Assembly (NCBI GenBank): GCA_038213805.1
Contig: JBBQSO010000014.1
Location: 1-64,000 of the forward strand
Direction of reading: 5' to 3'
Length of the DNA: 64,000 nucleotides
From: Planctomycetota bacterium
Lineage (GTDB): Bacteria > Planctomycetota > UBA11346
Shown here: one piece after another, positions 37,569 through 48,338 of the stretch
Numbering within the stretch: the stretch's first letter is position 1
Layout: each line of letters begins with the position of its first letter
Made by a program: the position numbers and the translations under genes
The notes under the pieces: generated by a model
Databases searched by the model: none
What the model was told of the DNA's origin: nothing
Seen by the model: only the letters and a program-made list of their open reading frames with translations

Positions 37569-38513
37569 ATGTCACTGACCAGCACGATCCTCACCCTACC
37601 GCTGGCCTGCGCCCTGTGGGCCGCCACGACCCCCGCGCAGGCCATGGACCTGGGTCAGATTCCCGGGGACGAACGCTGGCTGGTACAGGTCGACGTCGCC
37701 GCGGTGATGCAGGGCCGGCTCGGCCAGTGGCTGCTCCAGCATCAGGACGGCATGATCAAGGCGCGCCTGAGCTTGCTCGCCGCGGTCAGCGGCCTCGACC
37801 TGACCAAGGACCTCGACTCGCTGACCCTGTGCGGCGCCGACGCCGGTGAGGACAACGCGCTGATCTATGCGCGCGGCCGCTTCGATGCCAAGCGCCTGAC
37901 GACCCTCGTCCAGGCGGCCGAGGGCTACACCAGCATCCCCTACCAGGGGCACGCCATCGCGCAGTGGCACGACACCAAGCGTGGCGCAGGCAAGCTCAAC
38001 GCCGCCTGTCTGGTCGGCGACGGCCTGCTGGTGTTCTCGCCGCGCGCAGAATTGGTCGAGCTGGCGCTCGACGTCCTCGAGGGGCGCAACCAGGCGACCG
38101 CGGCCAAGGCCGGTCAGTTCGATGCCGCCGCGTTCCCCGCCGGCGCGCCGCTGGTGCTGGCGGCGACCGTCGACATGCAGAACTGGGCCAGGCTCGCGCC
38201 GCAGGCGGCGATGCTGCGCAACGTGCGCGGGGTGGTCGCGGGCGTCGCCGAGCAGGGCGACGACTTCGTGCTCAGTGCATACCTCAGTGGCCGCGACGCC
38301 GCGGCCGCCGCGCAGCTGCGCGACCTCGCCCAGGGCCTGATCGCCCTGGCCAAGCTCAACCAGGGTGCGGCCATGGAGCCGCTGGTGCAGGCGGTGGTCG
38401 ACAGCGCGCAGATCAGCGCGAGCGGTACCGCACTCAGCGCCAGCGCCCACGTCCCGGTCGCGGCGGTGCTCGGCATCATGGAGCGCCGCAACGCCGGGCA
38501 GGCGGCGCCCTGA
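37569..38513 (+). CDS. Secreted hypothetical protein (ECF operon partner)
   Basis: Signal peptide ending AQA. 314-aa GC3-biased frame. Confidence 0.85.
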   Translation: MSLTSTILTLPLACALWAATTPAQAMDLGQIPGDERWLVQVDVAAVMQGRLGQWLLQHQDGMIKARLSLLAAVSGLDLTKDLDSLTLCGADAGEDNALIYARGRFDAKRLTTLVQAAEGYTSIPYQGHAIAQWHDTKRGAGKLNAACLVGDGLLVFSPRAELVELALDVLEGRNQATAAKAGQFDAAAFPAGAPLVLAATVDMQNWARLAPQAAMLRNVRGVVAGVAEQGDDFVLSAYLSGRDAAAAAQLRDLAQGLIALAKLNQGAAMEPLVQAVVDSAQISASGTALSASAHVPVAAVLGIMERRNAGQAAP

Positions 38514-39109
38514 TGAGCGCCGGCCAGCCGGTCCACATCTCAGGCCCGGTCGCTGACGCCGATGTGCCGCGCCTGGTGGCGGCCGCCCGCGCCGGCGACG
38601 GCGAGGCGTTCGCTGCCCTGGTGCGCGCTTACGCGACGCGCCTGCACCGCTTCGTCACCGCCCTGGGCATCAGCGCCGCCGACGCCGACGACGTCTTGCA
38701 GGACGCTTTCCTGCGCGCCCACCAGAACCTCGACCGCTATGACCCGACCTGGGCCTTCTCGACCTGGCTGTTCACCATCACGCGGCGGCTGGCGCTCAAC
38801 CAGCTTGCCAAGCGCCGCACCGTGCCGTTGCCCGAGCAGGCCGCTGAACTGTGCGCAAGCGCACCGCCCGAGCCCGACGAGGATGCCGGACGCCTCTGGC
38901 TGCAGGCGCGCGCAGTGCTGCCCGAGCGCGCCTACCAGGTGTTGTGGCTGCACTATGGCGAGGATCTCGACGCCGGCGGCGTCGGTCGCGTCATGGGCAT
39001 CACCGCGCTGCACGCGCGCGTCCTCCTCCACCGCGCACGCGCCCGCCTCGCCAAGGCCCTCGGCCCCGGCCGCGCCCCCATCCAGGTCCCGCACGGAGTT
39101 CAGCCATGA
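38513..39109 (+). CDS. ECF-type RNA polymerase sigma factor
   Basis: GD.EAF..LV..Y...L.RF, DADDVLQDAFLRA...L.RYD....FSTWLFTI.R, region-4 RVLLHRARARL. Confidence 0.92.
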   Translation: MSAGQPVHISGPVADADVPRLVAAARAGDGEAFAALVRAYATRLHRFVTALGISAADADDVLQDAFLRAHQNLDRYDPTWAFSTWLFTITRRLALNQLAKRRTVPLPEQAAELCASAPPEPDEDAGRLWLQARAVLPERAYQVLWLHYGEDLDAGGVGRVMGITALHARVLLHRARARLAKALGPGRAPIQVPHGVQP

Positions 39110-39558
39110 GTCCTGAAACCAACGATGAGCAGCAGCGCCTGTCCGGACGGCTGCGCCGCGCCGCGCAGGCGTGGCCGGCGGACGCCCCACTTGGCCTGGG
39201 CGAGCGCATGGCCGCGCGCGTCGCGGTCGCGGTCGCCGCGCCGATGGGCCGACGCCCCCTGACGATGCCGGCGTGGGCCTGGCTGACCGCTGCGGCCGGC
39301 CTGCTGATCGCGATCGGCGCACTGGCGAGTGCGCGCGGCGCGCCCTCGACGGTGGCAGTGCCGGTGGTCGCGCTGCAGCCCCTTGCACACGCGGCGGACG
39401 ACGATTTCACGCTGCCAACCATGCCCAGCGAGATTCCGCTCAACCGTGAACTGCGCAACCTCGACGCCGACATGCGCGCAACCGCGGCATTCCTGGTCGA
39501 CCGGCTACCGGTGATCGAGCTGGCGCAGCGCGAGCCGGGGCCGAAGACGCAGCCGTAA
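39106..39558 (+). CDS. Putative membrane anti-sigma factor
   Basis: Coupled downstream of the ECF sigma gene. One TM segment (WAWLTAAAGLLIAIGAL). Confidence 0.65.
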   Translation: MSPETNDEQQRLSGRLRRAAQAWPADAPLGLGERMAARVAVAVAAPMGRRPLTMPAWAWLTAAAGLLIAIGALASARGAPSTVAVPVVALQPLAHAADDDFTLPTMPSEIPLNRELRNLDADMRATAAFLVDRLPVIELAQREPGPKTQP

Positions 39559-39590
39559 AGGAGAAGGGAGACGTTGAACACGAGACGCAT

Positions 39591-39681
39591 CTCGCGTCTC
39601 GCGTCTCGCGTCTCGCGTCTCGCGTCTCGCGTCTCGCGTCTCGCGTCTCGCGTCTCGCGTCTCGCGTCTCGCGTCTCGCGT
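39591..39681. repeat. Heptamer tandem repeat (CTCGCGT) x13
   Basis: 13 exact copies between convergent genes. An inverted copy, CGAGACG, lies at 39581-39587. Confidence 0.97.
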
Positions 39682-39787
39682 CAGGGCGGGCCACGGCGAT
39701 CAGCGCAGCCTCATGTCAAAATTCCTGTGACGCTGCGCGTTATCGTCGCGCCTCGCGCCGAGGTACCCAACCGCGCAACGGGGAGCG

Positions 39788-41692
39788 CTACTCGACCGTC
39801 ACCGACTTCGCCAAATTGCGTGGCTGATCGACGTCGCAGTTCCGGCGCCGCGCGACGTGGTAGGCGTAGCGTTGCAGCGGCAGCACGCTGAGCAGCGGCT
39901 GGAGCAGATCCTCGCCGGCGCGCGCCACGGGAAAGAGATGGTCGCTGAGATCGCGCAGGGCGCGATCGCCCGCCAGGCCGACGGCGATGACGCGGCCGGC
40001 GCGGGCGCGCACCTCTTGCAGGTTCGAGAGCATCTTCTCATAGAGCGCGTCCCGCGGGCACAGGCAGATCACCGGCAGGTGGCTGGTCACCAGCGCGATG
40101 GGGCCGTGCTTGAATTCGCCGGCGGGGTAGCCGACGGCGTGCACGTAGGCCAGCTCCTTGAGCTTGAGCGCGCCCTCAAGCGCGGTCGGGTGCTCGCCAC
40201 CGCGGCCAAGGAAGACCGTGGCCTGCGCGGCGGCGAAGATGTCCGCGGCCTCGGCGACGGGCTCTTCGGCGGTGGCCAAGGTTGCGGCCGCGAGTTCGGG
40301 CAGGGCGCGCGCAGCGGCCACGGCCTGGGCCTCGGCGGCGGCGTCGAGCAGGCCCTTGGCGCGCGCCACCTGCAGGGCGAAGAGGTAGAGCGCCAGCACC
40401 TGCGCGGTGTAGGCCTTGGTGCTGGCCACGCCGATCTCGGGGCCGGCGAGCAGCGGCATGACGCCGTTCGATTCGCGCGCGATGGTCGAGGTGACGGTGT
40501 TCACCAGGCCGACGACCGGGATGAACTTGGCGCGCGCCAGGCGCAGACCGGCGAGGGTGTCGGCGGTCTCGCCGGACTGGCTGATCGCCACCACCAGGGT
40601 GTTGCCCGAGGCCACCGGGTTGCGGTAGCGGTACTCGCTGGAGATGTCGACCTCGACGTGGATGCGCGCGAGCTGCTCGAGGAAGCGCTTGCCGAGCAGC
40701 GCCGCGTGCCAGCTGGTGCCGGCGGCGAGGAACACCACGTGGTTGACCGAGGCGAGGTCGAGACCGAGGTCGGGCTCGACCAGTGCGCCGCCGCGCAGGC
40801 GGCTGTCGAGCAGGCGCGCCAGCACCGCCGGCTGCTCGGCGATCTCCTTGGCCATGAAACTGTCGTAGCTGCCCTTCGAGACCGCCTCGGCGGTGACCTC
40901 GATCGCCTTGAACACCGCCTCGGCCGGCTGCCCGGCGAAGTCGCTGAGCGCGAGGCCCTGGTCGGTGAGGTCGGCGATCTGACCGTCGGCCAGGAAGCAC
41001 ACCTGGTGGGCGTGCGGCAGCAGCGCCGGCACGTCGGAGGCCAACAGCATCTCGCGCACCGGCGTGCGCCCGGCCTTGGCGAAGCTCGCGGTGCTGCCCT
41101 CCGCGGCCGGCTCGTTGAGGTCGTAGGAACGGCCCTTGCCGACCAGGAGCGGCGAGCCCTGGCGCACCGCGACGATGCGCCGCGGGTGGTCGGCGAAGAC
41201 CACGGCAAAGGCGAAGCTGCCCTCCAGGCGGGCCACCGCCGCGCGCACTGCAGCCAGCGCGTCGCCGCGGTAATGGTGGGCGATGAGCTGCGGAATGACC
41301 TCTGTGTCGGTCTCGCTGCGGAAGATCGCGCCGGCCTGGGTCAGCTCGCGGCGCAACTGCTCATGGTTCTCGATGATGCCGTTGTGCACCACCGCGATGC
41401 GCCCGTCGTACGGCCCGCCGCTGGCGAGGTGCGGGTGACAATTGATCTCGGTGGGCGCGCCGTGGGTGGCCCAGCGCGTGTGCGCGATGCCGCAGTTGCC
41501 GTCCACCGGCTGGGCCTCGATGAGATCGCTGAGCTGCTTGAGCTTGCCGGCCGCCCGACGCAGATGGATCTCACCGTCGCTCATCACCGCCAGGCCGGCG
41601 GAGTCGTAGCCCCGGTACTTGAGGCGCTCGAGCGCGACGATCAGCACCGAATCCGCAGGCTTGGGACCGAGATACCCGGCGATTCCGCACAT
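39788..41692 (-). CDS. glmS: Glutamine--fructose-6-phosphate aminotransferase
   Basis: MCGIAG, YRGYDSAG, AHTRWATHG, VHNGIIEN, SQSGETADT, AGPEIGVASTKA, GEFKHGPIAL, DQPRNLAKSVTVE. Confidence 0.98.
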   Translation of the reverse strand: MCGIAGYLGPKPADSVLIVALERLKYRGYDSAGLAVMSDGEIHLRRAAGKLKQLSDLIEAQPVDGNCGIAHTRWATHGAPTEINCHPHLASGGPYDGRIAVVHNGIIENHEQLRRELTQAGAIFRSETDTEVIPQLIAHHYRGDALAAVRAAVARLEGSFAFAVVFADHPRRIVAVRQGSPLLVGKGRSYDLNEPAAEGSTASFAKAGRTPVREMLLASDVPALLPHAHQVCFLADGQIADLTDQGLALSDFAGQPAEAVFKAIEVTAEAVSKGSYDSFMAKEIAEQPAVLARLLDSRLRGGALVEPDLGLDLASVNHVVFLAAGTSWHAALLGKRFLEQLARIHVEVDISSEYRYRNPVASGNTLVVAISQSGETADTLAGLRLARAKFIPVVGLVNTVTSTIARESNGVMPLLAGPEIGVASTKAYTAQVLALYLFALQVARAKGLLDAAAEAQAVAAARALPELAAATLATAEEPVAEAADIFAAAQATVFLGRGGEHPTALEGALKLKELAYVHAVGYPAGEFKHGPIALVTSHLPVICLCPRDALYEKMLSNLQEVRARAGRVIAVGLAGDRALRDLSDHLFPVARAGEDLLQPLLSVLPLQRYAYHVARRRNCDVDQPRNLAKSVTVE

Positions 41693-41859
41693 CGCATACG
41701 CTCCAGAAGCTCAGCGTAACGCCGGCACCGCAAGGCGGAAGGCCCGGCGCCTCCTGGCATCATCCCACCATCCCCGTGCGTGGGGGGCGACGGCGCTTCC
41801 GGGATGCATTCGGTGGTCGGCGTGGATGATGCGCAACGAGCACCGCCCGGACCGCCACC

Positions 41860-43971
41860 ATGCCCAACGCCCTCGCCACCTCCGCCTCGCCCTACCTCAA
41901 GCAGCACGCGGACAACCCCGTGGCCTGGCAGCCGTGGGGAGAGTCCGCTTTCGCCGAGGCACGCCGCCGCGATGTGCCGGTGCTGGTCTCGATCGGCTAC
42001 AGCACCTGCCACTGGTGCCACGTCATGGCTCACGAGTCGTTCGAGGACGCGCAGACCGCGGCGCTGATGAACGCGCACTTCGTGTGCATCAAGGTCGACC
42101 GTGAGGAGCATCCCGAGGTCGACGCCATCTACATGGACGCGGTGCAGGCGCTCACCGGCCATGGCGGCTGGCCGCTCAACGCCTTCACCGACGCCGACGG
42201 ACGGCCGTTCCACGCGCTCACCTACCTGCCGCGCCCCGCCTGGCGCAAGCTGCTTGACCACCTCGCGGCGCTGTGGGCAGGCGACCGCGCACGCATCGCC
42301 AAGGCGGCGGAGCAGATCACCGCCCACCTCCAGGATGCGGGCGTCGCCCCGGGCGCGCTGCCGGCCGACCTGTGGAGCGGCCTCGAGCAGGGCCTGGCGC
42401 GCGCCTGGGACGGCGCCGCGCCGGGCTGGGCGTATGGCGAGGCCAAGGCGCCGAAGTTCCCCTCCAGCCAGGTGCTGCCGCTGCTGCTCGACAGTGGGCG
42501 CGCGCCGGTGCTGCGCCAGGCCGAGCTGGTCCTCGAGGCGATGCAGGACGCCGGCCTGCACGAGCGCGTCGGCGGCGGATTTCACCGCTACAGCGTCGAC
42601 CGTCACTGGCGGCTGCCGCACTTCGAGAAGATGCTCTACGACAACGCGCAGCTCATCGTCGCCTACGCACGCGCGGGGGCGGCGCTCGGGCGACCCGACT
42701 TCACGCGCACCGCGGTCAACGCCGGCGACTACCTGCTGCGCGACCTGCGCGTGGTCGAGGACGGCGTGTTCCGCGGCTATGCCAGTGCCGAGGACGCCGA
42801 CGATCCGGATGGCGAAGGCAGTTTCTACGCCTGGCCACCGGCCGAGCTGGCCGCGGCGCTTGGCGCGGCGACGGGCGCCGCGCTGGCAGCCGCCTGGGAC
42901 ATCACGCCCGGCACGCGTCCGACGAGCGCGCACGGCCACCTCGAGCCGATCGTCAGCCACATCCCACACCCGCGCGGCACCGCGCTGGCGCGGCTCGCCC
43001 CGGACGGCGACGTGCAGGCACTGCGGGCATCGTGGGAGGTGCACCTGCCGGTGCTGCGCGCGCGCCGCGCTGCCCGCCCGCGCCCCGGCCGCGACGACAA
43101 GGTGCTCACCGACCAGAACGCCCTGGCCCTGGAGGCCTTCGCTGCGCTCGGCCGTCACTGTGGCGATGAACGTGGCGAGGCACGCTTCACCGCCGCCTGC
43201 AGCGAACTCGCCGCCGTGCTGATGGCGCGCCACCATGCGGATGGTCTGATCCGCCTGCCGGGCGCCGCCGGGCAGCCGGCGCGCCCTGCCTACATCACCG
43301 ACTACGGCGCGCTGGTGACCGGGCTGTGCGCGGCCTTCGACCTGCTCGGCGAGCCGGCGCTGATCGACGCGGCCGAACGCGTCGCCGACGAGGCCTGGAC
43401 GCGCCTGCACGCGGACGACGGCGGCTTCTACACCACCCCAGCGGGCCGCACCGACCTGGTGCGGCGCGGCCGCGAGCAGACCGACAACGCGTGGCCTTCC
43501 GGGCAAAACAGCCTTGCGCTGGGCTGCGTGCGCCTGGCCGCGCTGACCGGCACGGGCCGCTGGCGGGCGCTCGCCGAGGGTGTGTTCTCGGCCAGCGCCG
43601 CGATCGTCGCGCAGGCCCCCAGCGCCTGCGCGACGTTGCTGCGCGCCGCCGTGCAGGCGCGACGCGGAGCGCTCATCGCGGTCGTCGCCGGCGCCGCCGA
43701 CGATCCGGCCACCGTCGCGCTGCTCGCCACCTGCCGGCGCGCGACCCTGCCGGGACTGGTGATCGTGCCGCTGGCCACCTGCCGCGAGCGTGCCTGGGCC
43801 TGCCTCGACGGACGCCGCGACATCGACGAGGCGCAGGTGATGCTGTGCATCGGCACCACCTGCCTGCTGCCGGCGCGCGATCCGGAAGCCCTCACGCTGC
43901 GCCTGGTCGAGGCCGGCCGACGCCTGGCGGAACGCCGCGCTGAGCGCTCTGGCGTCGCGGAGGCGCCGTGA
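41860..43971 (+). CDS. YyaL/SSP411-family thioredoxin-domain protein
   Basis: N.L....[63 protein letters not shown]. Confidence 0.95.
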   Translation: MPNALATSASPYLKQHADNPVAWQPWGESAFAEARRRDVPVLVSIGYSTCHWCHVMAHESFEDAQTAALMNAHFVCIKVDREEHPEVDAIYMDAVQALTGHGGWPLNAFTDADGRPFHALTYLPRPAWRKLLDHLAALWAGDRARIAKAAEQITAHLQDAGVAPGALPADLWSGLEQGLARAWDGAAPGWAYGEAKAPKFPSSQVLPLLLDSGRAPVLRQAELVLEAMQDAGLHERVGGGFHRYSVDRHWRLPHFEKMLYDNAQLIVAYARAGAALGRPDFTRTAVNAGDYLLRDLRVVEDGVFRGYASAEDADDPDGEGSFYAWPPAELAAALGAATGAALAAAWDITPGTRPTSAHGHLEPIVSHIPHPRGTALARLAPDGDVQALRASWEVHLPVLRARRAARPRPGRDDKVLTDQNALALEAFAALGRHCGDERGEARFTAACSELAAVLMARHHADGLIRLPGAAGQPARPAYITDYGALVTGLCAAFDLLGEPALIDAAERVADEAWTRLHADDGGFYTTPAGRTDLVRRGREQTDNAWPSGQNSLALGCVRLAALTGTGRWRALAEGVFSASAAIVAQAPSACATLLRAAVQARRGALIAVVAGAADDPATVALLATCRRATLPGLVIVPLATCRERAWACLDGRRDIDEAQVMLCIGTTCLLPARDPEALTLRLVEAGRRLAERRAERSGVAEAP

Positions 43972-43993
43972 GCGCGGGCGCCGGCGGGTCGCC

Positions 43994-44308
43994 ATGACGA
44001 CCATTCCAATCGCCGCTCCACACGATGGCCAGCACGTCGCCGCGCAGGTCGGCGACGTGCTGGATATCGCGCTGGAGGAGACGGCGGGCAGCGGCTTCCA
44101 GTGGCGCCTCGCCGGGCCACCGGCGGGCTGCACCGTCACGGACGAGACGCGCACGCCGGGCGATGCGAAGCACCCAGGCGCCAACGGCAGCCACCGTTGG
44201 CGGGTGGCGCTCGGTGCGGTCGGCGCGCATACGCTGGTCTTTAAGCTGGGGCGCGGGTGGGAGGAGACGTCTCGTCAGCGGTTGGCAATCACCGTCAGCG
44301 TGGGCTGA
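43994..44308 (+). CDS. Chagasin-family (I42) cysteine-protease inhibitor
   Basis: VGDVL.I.LEE..G.GF.W, PGA.G...W, L.R.WE: the three chagasin loops in divergent form. Confidence 0.75.
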   Translation: MTTIPIAAPHDGQHVAAQVGDVLDIALEETAGSGFQWRLAGPPAGCTVTDETRTPGDAKHPGANGSHRWRVALGAVGAHTLVFKLGRGWEETSRQRLAITVSVG

Positions 44309-44399
44309 CGCATACGACCATGCACACACCTCGACGCGCCGGTCGGGAGTGCGCACGACCATTCCAGTGTTCGGGCCACGGCGACACTGGATGCAGGCA

Positions 44400-45350
44400 T
44401 CAATCCGTGGGCCGATATTCCAGCGTCCAGCTGAAATGCCCACCCGCTGGAACATCGATCCGGATATACGGCTCGGGGCAGAATGCGGCCGCTTCCACAT
44501 ACACTTCGTAGCGTGATGGCGGCGGCGTGGTGGTGATCTGCAGCCCTCCCGTCGGCGTGGTGACGGAGACCCGTGCGTCCGACCAGGTCCAGGGGATCGT
44601 CGTCCACGATCCGTTTGGAATCGGATCCGTGAACCACATCCTGGTGCCGTCGACAACCGCTGCCGGTGGGTGGGGCTGCGGTACGGGGATGCCGGGAAAG
44701 GTGAGCCGGTAGGACGAAGCGATGGGTGCCGTCCCAATCCGCAGCATGGCATGACTGTAGAAATCGGTCGCGATCGTCCGGGAACCCGTGTTCTCGAGGC
44801 GGTGATCAATCGCCACGCCGCCGCCGATGACCAGACGGACCGTCTTCGCATACCGGTAGCCCCAACCATCGGCGCGAAGCGGCAGATCCTGGTGAAACGC
44901 CACGCTGCCCGTAGTCCCGACGACCGTCCATGGGGGGGTTTCGCGGATGGGATAGGCGACGTTGAAGTGGTAGTCCGGAGCGCCCATGCGGGTCAGACGG
45001 CCGATGCCGATCTTTACGAAGGATCCGCCGTCACCCGCCTCGTCCCAACCAGGGGGATCGCGCAGCCCGAATTCCTCGCAGGGTCCGGCCCCATGATCGT
45101 GTCCAGTGGGATCGTGCGCCGGGCGCAACTGGCTGAAATACTCCCGCTCATGCCAGCGCATGCCGACGATCATCCCGCTCCAATCGAAGCGTTGGCCTCG
45201 GTACCAGCCCTTCTCGGCATCAGGCAGGCGGATCTCCACCCGGGTCACGCCATCATCGAGGGTCAGCGCGGGCCACTCCTCGGCTGAAGCGCACATGAGC
45301 GTGGCGCCCAGGATGACTGCGCTGCGCGACGCGCTGGTTGTTGCGCTCAT
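44400..45350 (-). CDS. Secreted galactose-mutarotase/aldose-epimerase-like protein
   Basis: Signal peptide. PD.EKGWYRG.RFDWSG, GPCEEF, FVKIGIG.L, H.LENTG...I..DFYSH, FCPEPY. Confidence 0.75.
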   Translation of the reverse strand: MSATTSASRSAVILGATLMCASAEEWPALTLDDGVTRVEIRLPDAEKGWYRGQRFDWSGMIVGMRWHEREYFSQLRPAHDPTGHDHGAGPCEEFGLRDPPGWDEAGDGGSFVKIGIGRLTRMGAPDYHFNVAYPIRETPPWTVVGTTGSVAFHQDLPLRADGWGYRYAKTVRLVIGGGVAIDHRLENTGSRTIATDFYSHAMLRIGTAPIASSYRLTFPGIPVPQPHPPAAVVDGTRMWFTDPIPNGSWTTIPWTWSDARVSVTTPTGGLQITTTPPPSRYEVYVEAAAFCPEPYIRIDVPAGGHFSWTLEYRPTD

Positions 45351-45618
45351 GACACGTTCCCGATGTGGGCGCAGAATGCCTGGCTCCCGGCAGCAGGCCA
45401 GGCGATCACCCCAGGCCCTTCCAACAATTTGCTCCGCAGCGAAGTATGCCCAGCAGATGGTCGCGCGATCCCGGTTCGCTGGCGTACGGGGTCGAGGCGT
45501 CCGCGATCAGCGATGGAGGATCGCAGATGCGTCGTTGCAGGCGGCAGCGACATGTTCGCCGGTGGCAATCCGGGCTCCGTCCGGGGCTGAGCCTCGCCCC
45601 CGTGGTTCCGTGGGCCCC

Positions 45619-47529
45619 TCACCGTCCGGCCCTAAGCAGCGCCCAGCCCTGCCAATCACGTTTGGGCACCGTGTGCACGATGCCGTCGAGCTTCTCCAGC
45701 GCCGGGACGTTCCAGAAGGCGCCGCCGAAGTTGATCTCCTGATGGCACGCACTGGATAGCGAGCCGTCCTCGACCGCGATGCATGGGTGGTCGTCCCTGA
45801 TGCCCGAGGTGTTGTAGATCAGCGTGCCGAGAATCTCGGTCCTGCCGCCACTCCTGGTCAGAACCTTGGTGCCGTCGCCTTCGGTCTTCATGCCCAGGAT
45901 CCACATGGTGCCGCCGTCGTTGCGGGTGTTGACGCGCACGGCCTTGGGGGTTCCTTCGGTGTTCCATTGACGCAGATAGGCGGTGGCGCCCTTTTCGATG
46001 TAGGCGTGGCCGACGCAATTGGTCATGAACAGCGTGGCGCCGGGGCGGGCGATGGCGGCGCCACTGCAGGTGCGCATCAGCACCGCGCGTTTGGTGGAGC
46101 GTACCTCGATGCCGAAGTTCGGCCACGGTGCGAACACCTGGAGGTGTTCGAACACCACCACCGGCGCGGCCTTGGCGGATGGATCGTCCTCGACCACGAA
46201 CTTGGCGAGGTTCTCCGGATAGGTGGGCGCATCGGTCGGCCCGCCGAGCAGGCGGATGAAACCGAACCCCCAGATGCGGTTGACCGAACCGTGGACCTTC
46301 ACGTCTTTTTTGATCCAGTACCAGTTCGGATCCCCGCCCTTGCCACCGCGCAGATAGACGGTGGTGGCGCCGATCTCGGCCGCGTGATCGATCGCCTTCT
46401 GCAGGGCCGCGCTGTCGTCGTCCTCATCGCCGAACGCGGCGCCGAACTCGTTGGCGCACACCCATTTCTTCGGGTCCTTCTCCAGCGGCACCACCGGCTC
46501 CGGCCTGGGGGTCAGCCCCAAGCCGGAGCCGGGCGCGGCGGACCCGCTGGGCCGGGTGACGGGCTCGCTGCTGAACTCGGCGATGATGCCGCCGGCGAGA
46601 TCCTTCTGCGGCGCATGGATGGCGGTGGTGAAGCCCGTGGTGGTCAACCGCTGCGCGTACAGCCGGCCTTTCGCGCCCAGCGACACCGCGGGGCCCGCGG
46701 GGCCCGCGGTACCTGCAGGGGCTTCGAAACGGCAATCGACCAGGCACAGCGAGCCTTCGTCGCTGTCGACGGCGAGGGGCGCGCCGATCACCGTGAGACC
46801 TTCCACCGCGAACACCTGGCCGCGATGCCGGAGCCCGACCTTGGCCTTGGTCACCGTGACCCGCGAGATGGTCTGGCTGTTGATGCCGCTCGCGGTGTGG
46901 ATCCCGGTGGCGAAGCCGTTGATCTCGACGTCCTGGATCAGGTGCGGCCCGTTCTGATCGTGCAGGCCCAGCTCCAGACCGACCACACCGTTGCCGGTGA
47001 TGCGCACGTCCCGCACCAGGCCGGTGTTGTTGGAATAGAACAGCAGTCCGATGGCGCCCGGATTGTTGCCCGTATCGATGGTCAGGTTGACGATCGTGCG
47101 ATCGAAGAAGTCGGCATTCATATGCGCGCTATCAGCGCGCGACATGGCGCGGATCGCCGCCTGCGGATGTTCCGGATCGCCAAACCCCGTGGCCTTGTCG
47201 TCGAGGCGGATGATCGTGGTGTCGCGCTCCTGACCATAGAACCAGGGCCCGACCATGGCCCCCTCGCCGCCCTTCGCCTCGGGCTTGAACACCAGTGGAC
47301 GGGTGATGCGGTAGACGCCCTTCGGCAGGTAGATGGTGCGGCTGAAGTCGCTGGCCTGGCAGCGGTACACCGCCTGCTGCAGCGCGTCGGTGTCATCGGC
47401 CTTGCCGTCACCCTTCGCCCCGAGGTCGCGCTTCACGTCGAGCACCGCCTTGGGGTCGTCGGGGAAGATGATCTCCGCTGCCGGGAGCTCAGCGGCAAGC
47501 AGACAGCAGAACAGCAAAGCGAGGCGCAT
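45619..47529 (-). CDS. Secreted pectate-lyase-superfamily beta-helix protein (GH28/GH55-related)
   Basis: Signal peptide. Two repeats of the (F/L)GA.GDG..DD..ALQ.A...T(I/V)YL..G motif. Confidence 0.85.
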   Translation of the reverse strand: MRLALLFCCLLAAELPAAEIIFPDDPKAVLDVKRDLGAKGDGKADDTDALQQAVYRCQASDFSRTIYLPKGVYRITRPLVFKPEAKGGEGAMVGPWFYGQERDTTIIRLDDKATGFGDPEHPQAAIRAMSRADSAHMNADFFDRTIVNLTIDTGNNPGAIGLLFYSNNTGLVRDVRITGNGVVGLELGLHDQNGPHLIQDVEINGFATGIHTASGINSQTISRVTVTKAKVGLRHRGQVFAVEGLTVIGAPLAVDSDEGSLCLVDCRFEAPAGTAGPAGPAVSLGAKGRLYAQRLTTTGFTTAIHAPQKDLAGGIIAEFSSEPVTRPSGSAAPGSGLGLTPRPEPVVPLEKDPKKWVCANEFGAAFGDEDDDSAALQKAIDHAAEIGATTVYLRGGKGGDPNWYWIKKDVKVHGSVNRIWGFGFIRLLGGPTDAPTYPENLAKFVVEDDPSAKAAPVVVFEHLQVFAPWPNFGIEVRSTKRAVLMRTCSGAAIARPGATLFMTNCVGHAYIEKGATAYLRQWNTEGTPKAVRVNTRNDGGTMWILGMKTEGDGTKVLTRSGGRTEILGTLIYNTSGIRDDHPCIAVEDGSLSSACHQEINFGGAFWNVPALEKLDGIVHTVPKRDWQGWALLRAGR

Positions 47530-47659
47530 GGCACGCTCCCATGGCAGGTGAGAACAGGGCTGGGCGTCAGCGGAATCGATCGGGAGGGGTTCGCATCCCT
47601 GGTCCTGCCTGAGGATCGAGTACCGCTCCACGCCACCAGGATGATGCGAGCCAGGAAGG

Positions 47660-48283
47660 TCAGTGCCCATATCCACCCGCATGCGCACGCAGGCCCGCGG
47701 CGCTGCTCGCCTGGTCACCCGCCCAGGCGCCTCCCAGCAGCAGGGCCTCAAAGACTTCGGTGTCATTGGGGCCCTTGGCCTTCCCCTTGAAAGACTCCTG
47801 GCCATTGCCACAGAGAAAGGACGCGTTGGAGGTGGTCTTGCTGATGGACAGGTCATCGCCCAGGCTGCCGTCCCCCTGATGATGCGCGAAGGTCGCATCT
47901 GCGACCCGCCACCCGTCATCGATCCACGCCTGGCGTTTGAGCGCGACGCTCATCGCCAGGGTGTGCATGCCGCCACGCTGGTGCCCCGCCTCGAACTCCC
48001 TCTGCGCCTGTTGGAAGCTGACGAATCCGCGGGCGTCACCGGAACCGCCCCGCCAGGGCTCCATCACTGCCGACGGGAGCGAGCGCAGGAGCGCAAGTTC
48101 GCTGACCACCTGCAGATCGTTCTTCGCTCCGGCCGCAGCGGCGGTAGCGGCGGTAGCGGCGGTAGCGGCGGTAGCGGCGGTAGCGGCGGTAGCGGCGGTA
48201 GCGGGGCCGGAAACCGTACATGCCAGCGCCAGGGCGCACCACAGGACGCGAAAGAAATTCCGGGAGCGCTTGATGTTCTTCAT
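47660..48283 (-). CDS. Secreted hypothetical protein with Thr-Ala-Ala repeat (possibly a degraded gene)
   Basis: Signal-peptide-like N-terminus followed by an in-frame 9-bp repeat. No family recognised. Confidence 0.5.
   Translation of the reverse strand: MKNIKRSRNFFRVLWCALALACTVSGPATAATAATAATAATAATAATAAAAGAKNDLQVVSELALLRSLPSAVMEPWRGGSGDARGFVSFQQAQREFEAGHQRGGMHTLAMSVALKRQAWIDDGWRVADATFAHHQGDGSLGDDLSISKTTSNASFLCGNGQESFKGKAKGPNDTEVFEALLLGGAWAGDQASSAAGLRAHAGGYGH
48137..48204. repeat. Nonamer tandem repeat (AGCGGCGGT) x7.5
   Basis: Seven exact copies plus a partial copy. Encodes (TAA)n peptide on the minus strand. Confidence 0.95.
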
Positions 48284-48338
48284 GGTGTGACCGGGGATTC
48301 CCAGAACAGGGCAGCGCGGGATGTTGCGGTCATGGTAT

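Noticed and set aside
39574..39694. CRISPR array or repeat-protein ORFs (RLASRVS / RRETRDA) at the CTCGCGT array
   Set aside because: This is a pure 7-nt tandem repeat without spacers, and no cas genes are present. The ORFs are by-products of a stop-free repeat.
41693..41859. glmS ribozyme upstream of glmS
   Set aside because: No recognisable AGCGCC...GACGAGG core on the minus strand, and the interval is short and shared with a divergent gene.
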